From contig SVKA01000003.1 in assembly GCA_015068725.1 (NCBI GenBank), positions 234 through 64,233 of the forward strand: a DNA stretch of 64,000 bases, in the 5' to 3' direction. How positions within the stretch are numbered: the first letter of the stretch is position 1; each line of letters opens with the position of its first letter. A program made the position numbers and the translations under genes. Below are positions 10,125 through 19,433 of this stretch, in pieces. Origin of the DNA: Oscillospiraceae bacterium (lineage in GTDB: Bacteria > Bacillota > Clostridia > UBA1381 > UMGS1253). The notes under the pieces are model-generated. The model searched no databases. It was not told the DNA's origin and worked only from the letters and a program-made list of their open reading frames with translations.

Positions 10125-12758
10125 TTAATTTTCCTTTACCTTATTTGTAAGCTCGTAAAGCTTGTTTAGCGCCTCAATCGGCGTAAAAGTTGTAACATCA
10201 ATTTTCTTTAATTCTTCTATAATTTCTTCAAAACCGCTCTCTTTTGTAAAATCGCCCGAATAGCTTATAGCCTCTTCTATGCCGAGCTGATATGAGGGCT
10301 TATTCACATCGTTTTGTTCAAGCTTTTTAAAGATTTCCTTCGCGCGCGCAGTTACCTCGTCTGGAATTCCTGCAAGTGCAGCAACCTCTATACCATAGCT
10401 GCCATCTGCGCCGCCGCGTATTATTTTTCTTAAAAACGTGATATCATCGCCACGTTTTTTTACAGCGATACAATAATTTTTTATGCCGCTCATTCTGTTT
10501 TCAAGCTCTGTAAGCTCGTGATAATGCGTCGAAAACAGCGTTCTTGCACCAATTTTATTCGTATCACAAATATACTCTGCAACCGCCCACGCAATCGAAA
10601 GTCCGTCATAGGTGCTTGTACCTCTGCCGATTTCATCAAGCACAACAAGGCTCTTTTTTGTAGCGTTATTAAGTATATTTGTAACCTCGTTCATCTCGAC
10701 CATAAATGTACTTTGACCTGTTGCAAGGTCGTCCGAGGCACCTACGCGTGTAAATATCTTATCCACAACGCCAATCTGCGCCTGCGTTGCAGGGACAAAG
10801 CTTCCGATTTGTGCCATTAATGTTATAAGCGCCACCTGACGCATATATGTCGATTTTCCCGCCATATTAGGTCCTGTTATGATGCACATACGCTCATCTT
10901 TTGTGTCTATATATGTATCATTTGGTACAAAAAGCTCGTTTTTGAGCATTTTTTCAACCACAGGATGACGTCCGTCCTTGATTTTTATTATCTCTCCGCT
11001 ATCAACGGTCGGCATACAGTAATCATTTTGCTGTGCAACCTTTGCAAACGAACAAAGAACGTCTACCGTCGCAATTACCTGGGCGGTTGTTTTTAGTCTT
11101 TCAATTTGGGCACATATTTTCTTTTTGACCTCGTCAAACAAATGTACTTCAAGACGTACAAGGCGCTCCTCTGCACCAATTATAATATTTTCTATTTCTT
11201 TAAGCTTTGGTGTAATATATCTTTCACCATTGACAAGAGTCTGGCGTCTTACATAATAATCGGGAACCTGAGATGTCTGCCCCTTGCTCACCTCTATGTA
11301 ATAACCGAAAACCTTGTTATATCCTACCTTTAACGTTTTTATGCCCGTTTTTTCACGTTCAGCCGTCTGTATATCGGCAAGCCACGTTTTTCCCTCTCGC
11401 TGGGCAATGCGGTATTCATCGACATTTTCGTTGTATCCGTCTTTTATAACGCCGCCATCACGAAGATTTATCGCAGGCTCGTCGGCTATCGCTTCCCACA
11501 AAAGCGTGTTTATATCACTAAGCACATCAAGCTTTTCGTGTTGCGAGCGCAGTATATCGCTTTTAAATACGGAAAGCTTTTCTTTTATTTCGGGAAGCAC
11601 GCTAAGCGAATCGCGAAGCGAAATCATATCTCTCGGAGAAGCACTGCCAAGCGAAATTCTGTTAATAAGTCTTGCAATATCGTATATCTTGTCAAGATAT
11701 GTCTCGATTTCTTCTCTTAACATTATGCTGTCCAGAAGCTCGTTTACGCCCTGCTGACGAAAACGAATTTCGCCCACGCTTATAAGCGGCTTTTCAATCC
11801 ACTGCGCAAGCATTCTTCCGCCCATAGACGTTTTTGTACGGTCAAGCACCCACAAAAGTGTGCCTTTTTTTGCTTTTTCGCGCATAGAGCATGTAAGCTC
11901 AAGATTTCGTCTTGTATTATAGTCAAGTCCCACATACTGCTTTGGCTGATAACAATTTATATCAAGCAGCTTAAAGAGCGCCGATTTTTGTGTATCGCTA
12001 AGGTATATAATTACCGCACCGATAGCAGATATAAGCGTATCGTCATTGGGAATTTTGTTTTCGTCAATATCATTTGACGCCATTTCATCGACTATCGCAC
12101 TCCGTGCAACATCATAATCAAAAAAGTCATTATCAACATTACCGACATATATGTCAAAGCGGCTTTTTATAATCTGTCCGTACGCTTCGTCTGCACTTTG
12201 GCTGAAAATAAGCTCTGACGGATTATAGCTTGCAATCTCGTCAGAAACCACATCGGCATCAATTCCCGATATCTTTGTAGCATACACCTCGCCCGTTGAA
12301 ATGTCGGCAAACACAAGCGCCGTGTCCGAGTTTTTGCCACAATGCACAAGCACAAGAAAGTTGTTTTTCTTTTCATCAAGTGCGTTTGCATCCGTAAGAG
12401 TACCGGGCGTTACAATCTTTACAACCTCGCGGCGCACAACATCCTTTGACGATGCGCTTGGCTCTTCTGTCTGCTCGCATATCGCAACCTTGTACCCCTT
12501 TGATACAAGGCGGACTATATATGAGTCTGCACTGTGAAACGGTACGCCACACATTGGCACACGCCCACCTTCGCCGCCAATTTTATCCCCTTTTTTACCG
12601 CCGCGACCTGTTAACACAAGCTCTAATTCGCGAGAGGCGATTATGGCATCATCATTAAACATTTCATAAAAATCGCCGAGGCGATAAAACAAAATGCAGT
12701 CATCATATTTATTTTTTATTTGAAGATACTGCTTCATCATCGGCGTTTGATCTGTCAC
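10125..12758 (-). CDS. mutS: DNA mismatch repair protein MutS
   Basis: 877 aa. N-terminal TPMMKQY...GDFYE mismatch-binding motif and Walker A GPNMAGKST. GTG start 8 nt behind GGAGG. Confidence 0.97.
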   Translation of the reverse strand: MTDQTPMMKQYLQIKNKYDDCILFYRLGDFYEMFNDDAIIASRELELVLTGRGGKKGDKIGGEGGRVPMCGVPFHSADSYIVRLVSKGYKVAICEQTEEPSASSKDVVRREVVKIVTPGTLTDANALDEKKNNFLVLVHCGKNSDTALVFADISTGEVYATKISGIDADVVSDEIASYNPSELIFSQSADEAYGQIIKSRFDIYVGNVDNDFFDYDVARSAIVDEMASNDIDENKIPNDDTLISAIGAVIIYLSDTQKSALFKLLDINCYQPKQYVGLDYNTRRNLELTCSMREKAKKGTLLWVLDRTKTSMGGRMLAQWIEKPLISVGEIRFRQQGVNELLDSIMLREEIETYLDKIYDIARLINRISLGSASPRDMISLRDSLSVLPEIKEKLSVFKSDILRSQHEKLDVLSDINTLLWEAIADEPAINLRDGGVIKDGYNENVDEYRIAQREGKTWLADIQTAEREKTGIKTLKVGYNKVFGYYIEVSKGQTSQVPDYYVRRQTLVNGERYITPKLKEIENIIIGAEERLVRLEVHLFDEVKKKICAQIERLKTTAQVIATVDVLCSFAKVAQQNDYCMPTVDSGEIIKIKDGRHPVVEKMLKNELFVPNDTYIDTKDERMCIITGPNMAGKSTYMRQVALITLMAQIGSFVPATQAQIGVVDKIFTRVGASDDLATGQSTFMVEMNEVTNILNNATKKSLVVLDEIGRGTSTYDGLSIAWAVAEYICDTNKIGARTLFSTHYHELTELENRMSGIKNYCIAVKKRGDDITFLRKIIRGGADGSYGIEVAALAGIPDEVTARAKEIFKKLEQNDVNKPSYQLGIEEAISYSGDFTKESGFEEIIEELKKIDVTTFTPIEALNKLYELTNKVKEN

Positions 12759-12792
12759 GCGCTATGCCTCCCCTCGCGGCAATTTTTATTTC

Positions 12793-13179
12793 TTAGTGGC
12801 AACCACCACAGCTGCTGCAATCCGACGAGCAACCACTGTTTGTTTTGCCATTAACATAAAATGTAATTATATTATTAACCTGCTCAAGCAGTGCATCAAG
12901 CTCTTTTTTTGCGTTTATAAAGTTTTTGATGCTCTCATTTTGCATAAGCTTGTCAAATTCATCTGCAAGCTCCTGTCTTATCTTTTCCAGTTCCTCTTTT
13001 GAGGGGTTTTCTTTTTGTACGCGCTGTGCAAGCTGCATACGCTTTAAGTTATATTCACCGATAAGCTTTTGAGCCTCTTCGTCGTTGTTCTGAATTTCCT
13101 CTGCTTTTTTGGATTTTTCCATAAGCTCACTTTCTGCTATTGCCTTTCCAAGCTCTCTTGCCATTTCCAAAATTTCCAT
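12793..13179 (-). CDS. YlbF/YmcA family protein with a Cys-rich C-terminal tail
   Basis: All-helical, about 128 aa, with the YlbF/YmcA pattern. It occupies the same miaB-to-mutS position as B. subtilis ymcA. The tail is GCSSDCSSCGGCH. The tracked TTG (13194) is part of the SD in TTGGAGGATGTAAAA-ATG, so the start is ATG 13179. Confidence 0.7.
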   Translation of the reverse strand: MEILEMARELGKAIAESELMEKSKKAEEIQNNDEEAQKLIGEYNLKRMQLAQRVQKENPSKEELEKIRQELADEFDKLMQNESIKNFINAKKELDALLEQVNNIITFYVNGKTNSGCSSDCSSCGGCH

Positions 13180-13212
13180 TTTTACATCCTCCAAAAATTT
13201 ATTTTTAAAATA

Positions 13213-14634
13213 TTAATTCGGGACTATTTCACCCGTTAAAAACCACGTTTTTGCTGCCGTAATTTTTACTCTTACAATTTTTCCTTTAAGTGACTCGTCT
13301 GCGTCTTTTATATGAACAATTTTTCCACCTTCGGTACGTCCTGATACAACATTGTCATCAGTTTTTGACCTGCCCTCTACCAAAACATCGCATATGCGTC
13401 CTATATAAGAATCGTTAATCTGTTTTGATATTTCATTTTGAACCTCTAAAAGACGGTCAAAGTTTTTATGAATTTGCGCATCATCAAGTGCCATCTCAAG
13501 CTTTGCAGCAGGCGTACCTGTGCGCTTTGAATATATAAACGAATAAATCGAATCAAACCTGACCTCTTTTAAAACGTCGATTGTCTTTTCAAAATCTTCG
13601 TTTGTTTCCGTCGGAAAACCAACTATAATATCGGTTGTGAGCGTGATATCAGGTATCCTTTTTCTTACCGCTTGTACTTTTTTGATATAATCCCCGCTTG
13701 TATATTTACGGTTCATTTTCAAAAGCACATCATCGCTTCCCGCCTGAAGCGGTAAATGAAGCTGATTGCAAATTTTTTTATTTGATGCTATTGTTTCAAT
13801 CAATTTTTCGTTAAAATCCTTTGGGTGCGACGTCATAAAGCGTATTCGCTCGATTCCTTCTACCTCGCACACACGCACAAGCAAATCAGAAAAATCAATT
13901 TCTTCATCAAGGTCATTTCCGTACGAGTTTACGTTCTGACCAAGAAGCATTACCTCTTTATAGCCCTCAGAGGCAACCTCGCGAACTTCGCGTATAATAT
14001 CCTCGCACGAGCGACTGCGCTCGCGTCCACGCACATAAGGAACGATGCAATAAGAACAAAAATTATTACACCCATACATTACAGAAACATACGCTAAAAC
14101 ATCGCCTTCACGCCTGATTGGCATATCTTCGGCAATATATCCATGTGCATCTATTACATTTATGCTTCTTTCATGCGTGTCAAGCACATTGTATATAAGC
14201 TGCGGTAGTGTATAAAGCGTATGCGTTCCAAATATTATATCTACGTGTGTGTATTTTTGCTTAATCCTTTTTGCTACGTGTTCTTGCTGCATCATACAGC
14301 CGCAAACACCGATAATGAGTTCGGGCTTTTTACGTTTAAGCGCCTTTAAGGCGCCAAGATTGCCGTACACTTTAAGCTCTGCATGCTCACGCACGGCGCA
14401 TGTGTTGTAAATTATTATATCGGCATCCTTTGCATCATTACAAAAATCATATCCCGCCTCGCAGAGCATTCCTCGTATACGCTCGGAGTCATTTTCGTTT
14501 TGCTGGCATCCATACGTTACAACATACGCCATAGGCTTTGATGAGCGCGCAACATTTATAGTACGTATTTTGTTTATAAATTCCTTCTGCTCAAGAATTT
14601 GCGCTTCAGAAACTATTACATCTTCTCTTTTCAT
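13213..14634 (-). CDS. miaB: tRNA (N6-isopentenyl adenosine(37)-C2)-methylthiotransferase MiaB
   Basis: 473 aa. N-terminal MTTase Cys triad, radical-SAM motif CNNFCSYC and a C-terminal TRAM domain. Confidence 0.93.
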   Translation of the reverse strand: MKREDVIVSEAQILEQKEFINKIRTINVARSSKPMAYVVTYGCQQNENDSERIRGMLCEAGYDFCNDAKDADIIIYNTCAVREHAELKVYGNLGALKALKRKKPELIIGVCGCMMQQEHVAKRIKQKYTHVDIIFGTHTLYTLPQLIYNVLDTHERSINVIDAHGYIAEDMPIRREGDVLAYVSVMYGCNNFCSYCIVPYVRGRERSRSCEDIIREVREVASEGYKEVMLLGQNVNSYGNDLDEEIDFSDLLVRVCEVEGIERIRFMTSHPKDFNEKLIETIASNKKICNQLHLPLQAGSDDVLLKMNRKYTSGDYIKKVQAVRKRIPDITLTTDIIVGFPTETNEDFEKTIDVLKEVRFDSIYSFIYSKRTGTPAAKLEMALDDAQIHKNFDRLLEVQNEISKQINDSYIGRICDVLVEGRSKTDDNVVSGRTEGGKIVHIKDADESLKGKIVRVKITAAKTWFLTGEIVPN

Positions 14635-14673
14635 ATATTTTCTCCGTTAGTGTAAAATCTATGTCGTCGCAAA

Positions 14674-15522
14674 TTATTTTTGTATTACCGTAGTACGAAT
14701 CACATTTGAGGTATAAAACTCTATTATAAATTTGCATACGATTGTAAATATCAAAACAAAAGCGATAAATGCGTACACGTTCAAAAGCACAAATAAACCA
14801 AGCACTATTCCGAATGCAAGCACTGTAAAAAATATATTTTGCGGAAATTTGGCAACACAAAACAGCATAGCATTTTTGTATAAATCAACAAGCACCGCCT
14901 CATAGCTTATCATAAGCTGATAAATATAATAGTGCATAAAGGTGTATATTATTAATACAAATGCCAATATTCCCTGGGCAATAAGATGCACCGGATTTGG
15001 TGATGAGGCATACTGCATTGAATAAAAATTAAACGCAACCATGCTAAGATAAATCACGACTATATCAATAAACAAAATCGCGATGCTTTGTTTAAAATTA
15101 GACTTTACATTATCCCAGAAATCGCTCATTACCCACGCATGCTCTTCGCGCGAAAAGTTTCGCATAACGTATGCGGCGCCCGCAGATGCAGGACCTGTTC
15201 CCCACAAAACTGTGATGCCAAACACAAACAAAAGTCTAAGCGTCAAATCAAACCCTATAAAAGTGTCCCCCGTAAGAGTTTTTACAAATTCTCCTATGCC
15301 GTTATACTCTACCGATGCAAGCGCAGTCGCATTAAGCGGTGAAAAAACGTACAAAAGCAAAAGGTATGGAAGAGAAAATATAAGGTATATAAGATTTAAC
15401 TGTACAAATTTCATAAATTTGCGGAAAATCACGTCAAAGAAAATCAAAAAGCGATGCTTTTGCAAATCCTCTTTTTCTACGCCCTTTCCAGGCTTGTTAA
15501 AATCAATTTTAAAAAGTCCCAT
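14674..15522 (-). CDS. YesL/DUF624 family membrane protein
   Basis: 282 aa, polytopic. The N-terminus (MGLFKIDFNKPGKGVEKEDL...FFDVIFRKFMKFVQLNLIYL) resembles the YesL family. Family assignment is from memory only. Confidence 0.6.
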   Translation of the reverse strand: MGLFKIDFNKPGKGVEKEDLQKHRFLIFFDVIFRKFMKFVQLNLIYLIFSLPYLLLLYVFSPLNATALASVEYNGIGEFVKTLTGDTFIGFDLTLRLLFVFGITVLWGTGPASAGAAYVMRNFSREEHAWVMSDFWDNVKSNFKQSIAILFIDIVVIYLSMVAFNFYSMQYASSPNPVHLIAQGILAFVLIIYTFMHYYIYQLMISYEAVLVDLYKNAMLFCVAKFPQNIFFTVLAFGIVLGLFVLLNVYAFIAFVLIFTIVCKFIIEFYTSNVIRTTVIQK

Positions 15523-15558
15523 ATTTAACCTACCATTCCTTTCGCCATTTTTTAGCCA

Positions 15559-18500
15559 TTATTTAAAATATTTTACGCCTGATTCAAACAATTTCTGGTC
15601 TTTGCTTCCTGATATGTTTGCAAAAATGTTTTCACCGCAGCGCTCACTATGTCCCATTTTGCCCAAAACTCGTCCATCAGGGCTGAAAATACCCTCAATA
15701 GCCGCAACTGAGCCGTTGGGATTGTATGGAATCTTATCGCTTGCCTTTCCATCAAGGTCTACATACTGAGTTGCAATCTGCTCGTTTTCTACAAGCTTTT
15801 TAAGCCACTCATCATTTGCATAAAATCTTCCTTCACCATGCGATACAGCGATTGAATGTAAATCACCTACGTTTGTAGCATAAAGCCATGGCGAACGATT
15901 TGATGCAATACGTGTAGTTACTATTGTTGAAACGTGGCGACCGATATTGTTAAACGTAAGTGTCGGTGCATCGTCCTTTAAATCAACAATTCTTCCGTGT
16001 GTAACAAGACCAAGCTTTATAAGCGCCTGGAAGCCGTTACAAATACCGAGCATAAGACCGTCGCGGTTTTCCAGAAGGTCATTTACCGCTTCACTCACCA
16101 TTGGATTGCGGAATGCCGTAGCAATATATTTGCCGCTGCCATCAGGCTCGTCGCCACCTGAAAATCCGCCCGGAATCATTACTATCTGTGCCTCTTTAAT
16201 CATCTGTGCCATCTTCTCAAGAGTCTGGGCAGTATCATTTGGTGTAAGATTTATAAACGGAAGTACATCTACAACCGCTCCCGCTCTTTCAAACGCACGG
16301 GTAGTATCATATTCACAGTTTGTGCCTGGAAAAACGGGTATAAACACTCTCGGACGCGCAAATTTCTCAGTTGATGTAATGATATTTTTACGCTCAAACG
16401 AATATGTCTGCGCCTTCTTTGCAGGAGTAGCCTTTGTCGGATAAACCTCTTCAAGCGTTGCCTGCCAAGCATCTACTGCTTCATCAAGAGAAATTTTTAC
16501 ATCGCATGCAGATATCGTTTTTGTATCATTAACTGTACCAACAATCTCATAATCAAGACCGTCAAGCGTCGCCAAATCTGATACTTCAAGCACGATTGCA
16601 CCGTAATTTTTTGTAAATAATTCGCCATTTGAAATGTTTTTATCAAACTCAAAGCCAAGCATATTGCCAAAGCACATCTTGCTTATCGCTTCGCAAAGAC
16701 CGCCGCCCGAAACAACGCTGCTTGAAAGCACAACACCGTCTTGTATAAGCTTATGTATCTTCGCATAATTTTTGCAAAGTGCATCAAAGTCTGGCATAAA
16801 TTCTTCGTCTTTTTTAACCTTTACCACCACGACGCTGCTACCCGACTTTTTAAACTCGGACGATACCGCTTTGCTTGCTTTTAATGTGTTTACTGCAAAG
16901 GATACAAGCGTAGGCGGAACGTCCAAATCTATAAAGCTTCCGCTCATTGAGTCTTTACCGCCGATTGCGGCAACCTTTAATTTTGTCTGTGCGACAAATG
17001 CACCAAGTAGTGCGCTAAACGGCTTGCCCCAACGAGTCGGCTCGTTTCCAAGCTTTTCAAAATACTCCTGAAGTGTAAGATAAATATCTTCATGTGCCGC
17101 GCCAAGTGCAACCGCCTTTGACATTGACTCAATTATTGCATACATACTGCCATAAAATGGCGACCACGATGAAAGATACGGATCATAACCGTATGTCATA
17201 GCCGTAGCCGTATCTGTCTTACCTTTAAGCACAGGTATTTTTGCAACCATACCCATTGTTGGCGAAAGCTGATGCTTGCCGCCAAACGGCATAAGTACAG
17301 TTCCTGCTCCAATTGTCGAGTCAAAACGCTCGACAAGACCTTTTTGTGAGCATACATTAAGGCTTGAAAGTGTATCGAGCCACTTTTTCTTAATATCCGA
17401 AGCCTCGCCTGCATCAAACGGATTTGTGCTTGCGTCAGGAAGCACAACCTCGATGTCGGTAACCTTTGACGCGCCGTTTGTATTAAGAAAATCACGCGAA
17501 ATGTCGCATATAACCTTGCCGCGCCATTTCATTGTGAGACGATTTTTGTCTGTAACAACTGCAACAATTATCGCATCAAGATTTTCTTTTCTTGCATATT
17601 CTATAAACTTGTCTGCGTCGCCACTATCAACAACAACAGCCATTCTCTCCTGCGATTCGGAAATCGCAAGCTCTGTTCCGTCGAGACCCTCGTACTTTTT
17701 CGGCACTTTATCAAGGTCTATATCAAGTCCGTCTGCAAGCTCGCCGATTGCAACGGATACACCGCCTGCGCCAAAGTCGTTACATCTCTTTATAAGTCTT
17801 GTAACATCGCCATTTCTAAATAGGCGCTGAATTTTGCGTTCAATGGGCGGATTACCCTTCTGAACCTCTGCACCGCAGCTTTCAAGCGACTCTGCCGTAT
17901 GCGCCTTTGACGAACCCGTCGCGCCGCCGCAGCCATCACGTCCTGTTTTTCCGCCAAGAAGTATTACAACATCGCCTTTCTGGGGACGCTCACGAACAAC
18001 ATTTTCCTTTGGCGCTGCTGCGATAACTGCGCCAAGCTCCATGTGCTTTGCGATATAACCTTCGTGATAAATTTCAGCAACCTGACCTGTTGCAAGTCCT
18101 ATCTGGTTTCCGTATGAGCTATAACCCGCTGCCGCTGTACGAACAATCTTCTTTTGCATAAGCTTGCCCTCAAGCGTCTCTTCCATTGTTTTTCTCGGGT
18201 CACCTGCGCCTGTAATACGCATTGCCTGATATACATACGAACGGCCTGAAAGCGGATCACGGATTGCGCCGCCAAGGCATGTTGCCGCGCCACCAAACGG
18301 CTCAATTTCGGTCGGGTGGTTATGTGTTTCGTTTTTAAACATCACAAGCCATTTTTCAGTTTTTCCATCAACATCTACATCAACATTTATGCTGCAGGCA
18401 TTTATTTCTTCCGACTCATCAAGCTTTGTAAGTACACCATCATGACGAAGCTTTCTCATCGCCATAAGTGCAATATCCATAAGCGTTGTATCGCGTCCAT

Positions 18501-19302
18501 TTGGATAAAGCTCGTTTTTGGTGTCAATATAATCGCTGTATGCCTGCTTTATAGCAGAAGAATACTTACCCTCAGGAATTTTTACGCTGTTTATTTTTGT
18601 TCCAAATGTAGTATGTCTGCAGTGGTCAGACCAATATGTATCAATCATACGAAGCTCTGTAAGTGTAGGGTCACGTTTTTCCTCGTTTTTGAAATAATCA
18701 CGGCAGAACTGCAAATCGTCTTTATCCATAGCAAAGCCCATTTCGCGTACAAGGTCCTCAAGCTCATCGTCTGCCATTGATACAAAGCCTTCTACAACCG
18801 AGACATCATCAGGAACTGTAATTTCCATTTCGAGTGTGTCAGGCTTTTCAAGTGATGCTTCACGCATTTCAACAGGGTTTATCACATAGCTTTTTATGCG
18901 CTCAAAATCTGCATCGCAAATATCGCCCTCCAAAACGATTATTTTTGCCGTTTTTACGGTAGGACGGTCTTTTTGTGTAAGAATTGAGATACACTCCTCT
19001 GTTGAATCGGCTCTCTGGTCATACTGTCCGGGCAAAAACTCTATCGCAAAAACACGATTTGATTTGTCGATTTCAACCTCTTCATCAAAACAGTTATCAA
19101 CGGGTGGCTCAGAAAAAATCAAATCACGCGCCTTGGCATATTCTTCATCACTTATTCCCGTAACGTCATAACGATTTATAATACGTACACCACTTAAACT
19201 ATCAAGTGATAAATTCTGCCTCAAATCCGAAAGCATTCCCTGTGCTTCAACGGCAAACTCACTCTTTTTTTCGACAAAAATGCGACGTACTGCTTCACTC
19301 AT
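15559..19302 (-). CDS. purL: Phosphoribosylformylglycinamidine (FGAM) synthase, single-chain large type
   Basis: 1247 aa. Duplicated AIR-synthase-like domains plus a C-terminal glutamine amidotransferase (GICNGFQ, SHGEGRF). GGAGG SD. Confidence 0.95.
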   Translation of the reverse strand: MSEAVRRIFVEKKSEFAVEAQGMLSDLRQNLSLDSLSGVRIINRYDVTGISDEEYAKARDLIFSEPPVDNCFDEEVEIDKSNRVFAIEFLPGQYDQRADSTEECISILTQKDRPTVKTAKIIVLEGDICDADFERIKSYVINPVEMREASLEKPDTLEMEITVPDDVSVVEGFVSMADDELEDLVREMGFAMDKDDLQFCRDYFKNEEKRDPTLTELRMIDTYWSDHCRHTTFGTKINSVKIPEGKYSSAIKQAYSDYIDTKNELYPNGRDTTLMDIALMAMRKLRHDGVLTKLDESEEINACSINVDVDVDGKTEKWLVMFKNETHNHPTEIEPFGGAATCLGGAIRDPLSGRSYVYQAMRITGAGDPRKTMEETLEGKLMQKKIVRTAAAGYSSYGNQIGLATGQVAEIYHEGYIAKHMELGAVIAAAPKENVVRERPQKGDVVILLGGKTGRDGCGGATGSSKAHTAESLESCGAEVQKGNPPIERKIQRLFRNGDVTRLIKRCNDFGAGGVSVAIGELADGLDIDLDKVPKKYEGLDGTELAISESQERMAVVVDSGDADKFIEYARKENLDAIIVAVVTDKNRLTMKWRGKVICDISRDFLNTNGASKVTDIEVVLPDASTNPFDAGEASDIKKKWLDTLSSLNVCSQKGLVERFDSTIGAGTVLMPFGGKHQLSPTMGMVAKIPVLKGKTDTATAMTYGYDPYLSSWSPFYGSMYAIIESMSKAVALGAAHEDIYLTLQEYFEKLGNEPTRWGKPFSALLGAFVAQTKLKVAAIGGKDSMSGSFIDLDVPPTLVSFAVNTLKASKAVSSEFKKSGSSVVVVKVKKDEEFMPDFDALCKNYAKIHKLIQDGVVLSSSVVSGGGLCEAISKMCFGNMLGFEFDKNISNGELFTKNYGAIVLEVSDLATLDGLDYEIVGTVNDTKTISACDVKISLDEAVDAWQATLEEVYPTKATPAKKAQTYSFERKNIITSTEKFARPRVFIPVFPGTNCEYDTTRAFERAGAVVDVLPFINLTPNDTAQTLEKMAQMIKEAQIVMIPGGFSGGDEPDGSGKYIATAFRNPMVSEAVNDLLENRDGLMLGICNGFQALIKLGLVTHGRIVDLKDDAPTLTFNNIGRHVSTIVTTRIASNRSPWLYATNVGDLHSIAVSHGEGRFYANDEWLKKLVENEQIATQYVDLDGKASDKIPYNPNGSVAAIEGIFSPDGRVLGKMGHSERCGENIFANISGSKDQKLFESGVKYFK

Positions 19303-19390
19303 TTACAAAATCCTCCCCAAAATCATATAATAGTCTAAAATTTACTAAGCAATATATTTATTTTACAACTTTTGCGCCATTATGTAAAGT

Positions 19391-19428
19391 AAAATCGCAT
19401 AAAATATTGTCTGTTTTTATGCGATTTT
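19391..19428 (-). terminator. Intrinsic terminator after uvrA
   Basis: Perfect inverted repeat AAAATCGCATAAAA / TTTTATGCGATTTT starting 6 nt after the uvrA stop. T tracts lie on both sides. Confidence 0.55.
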
Positions 19429-19433
19429 TTTGT

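Noticed and set aside
14606-14860. 84-aa minus-strand ORF bridging the YesL-like gene's 3' end and miaB's 5' end
   Set aside because: It overlaps two supported genes out of frame, is Cys/Ile/Tyr-rich, and has no SD.
15083-15769. 228-aa plus-strand ORF; also 2025..2663, 17276..17830 and 62742..63449
   Set aside because: All are antisense to well-supported genes (the YesL-like gene and purL, dnaJ, purL, and the G3P dehydrogenase-like gene). They are S/P/R-rich with no start-site context.
19303-19433. Purine/guanine riboswitch or T-box upstream of purL (and of guaB, 26288..26344), and an L-box upstream of lysA (28673..28730)
   Set aside because: The intergenic regions are too short (131, 57 and 58 nt) once the terminator and promoter are accounted for. 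None shows the conserved cores of these riboswitch classes.
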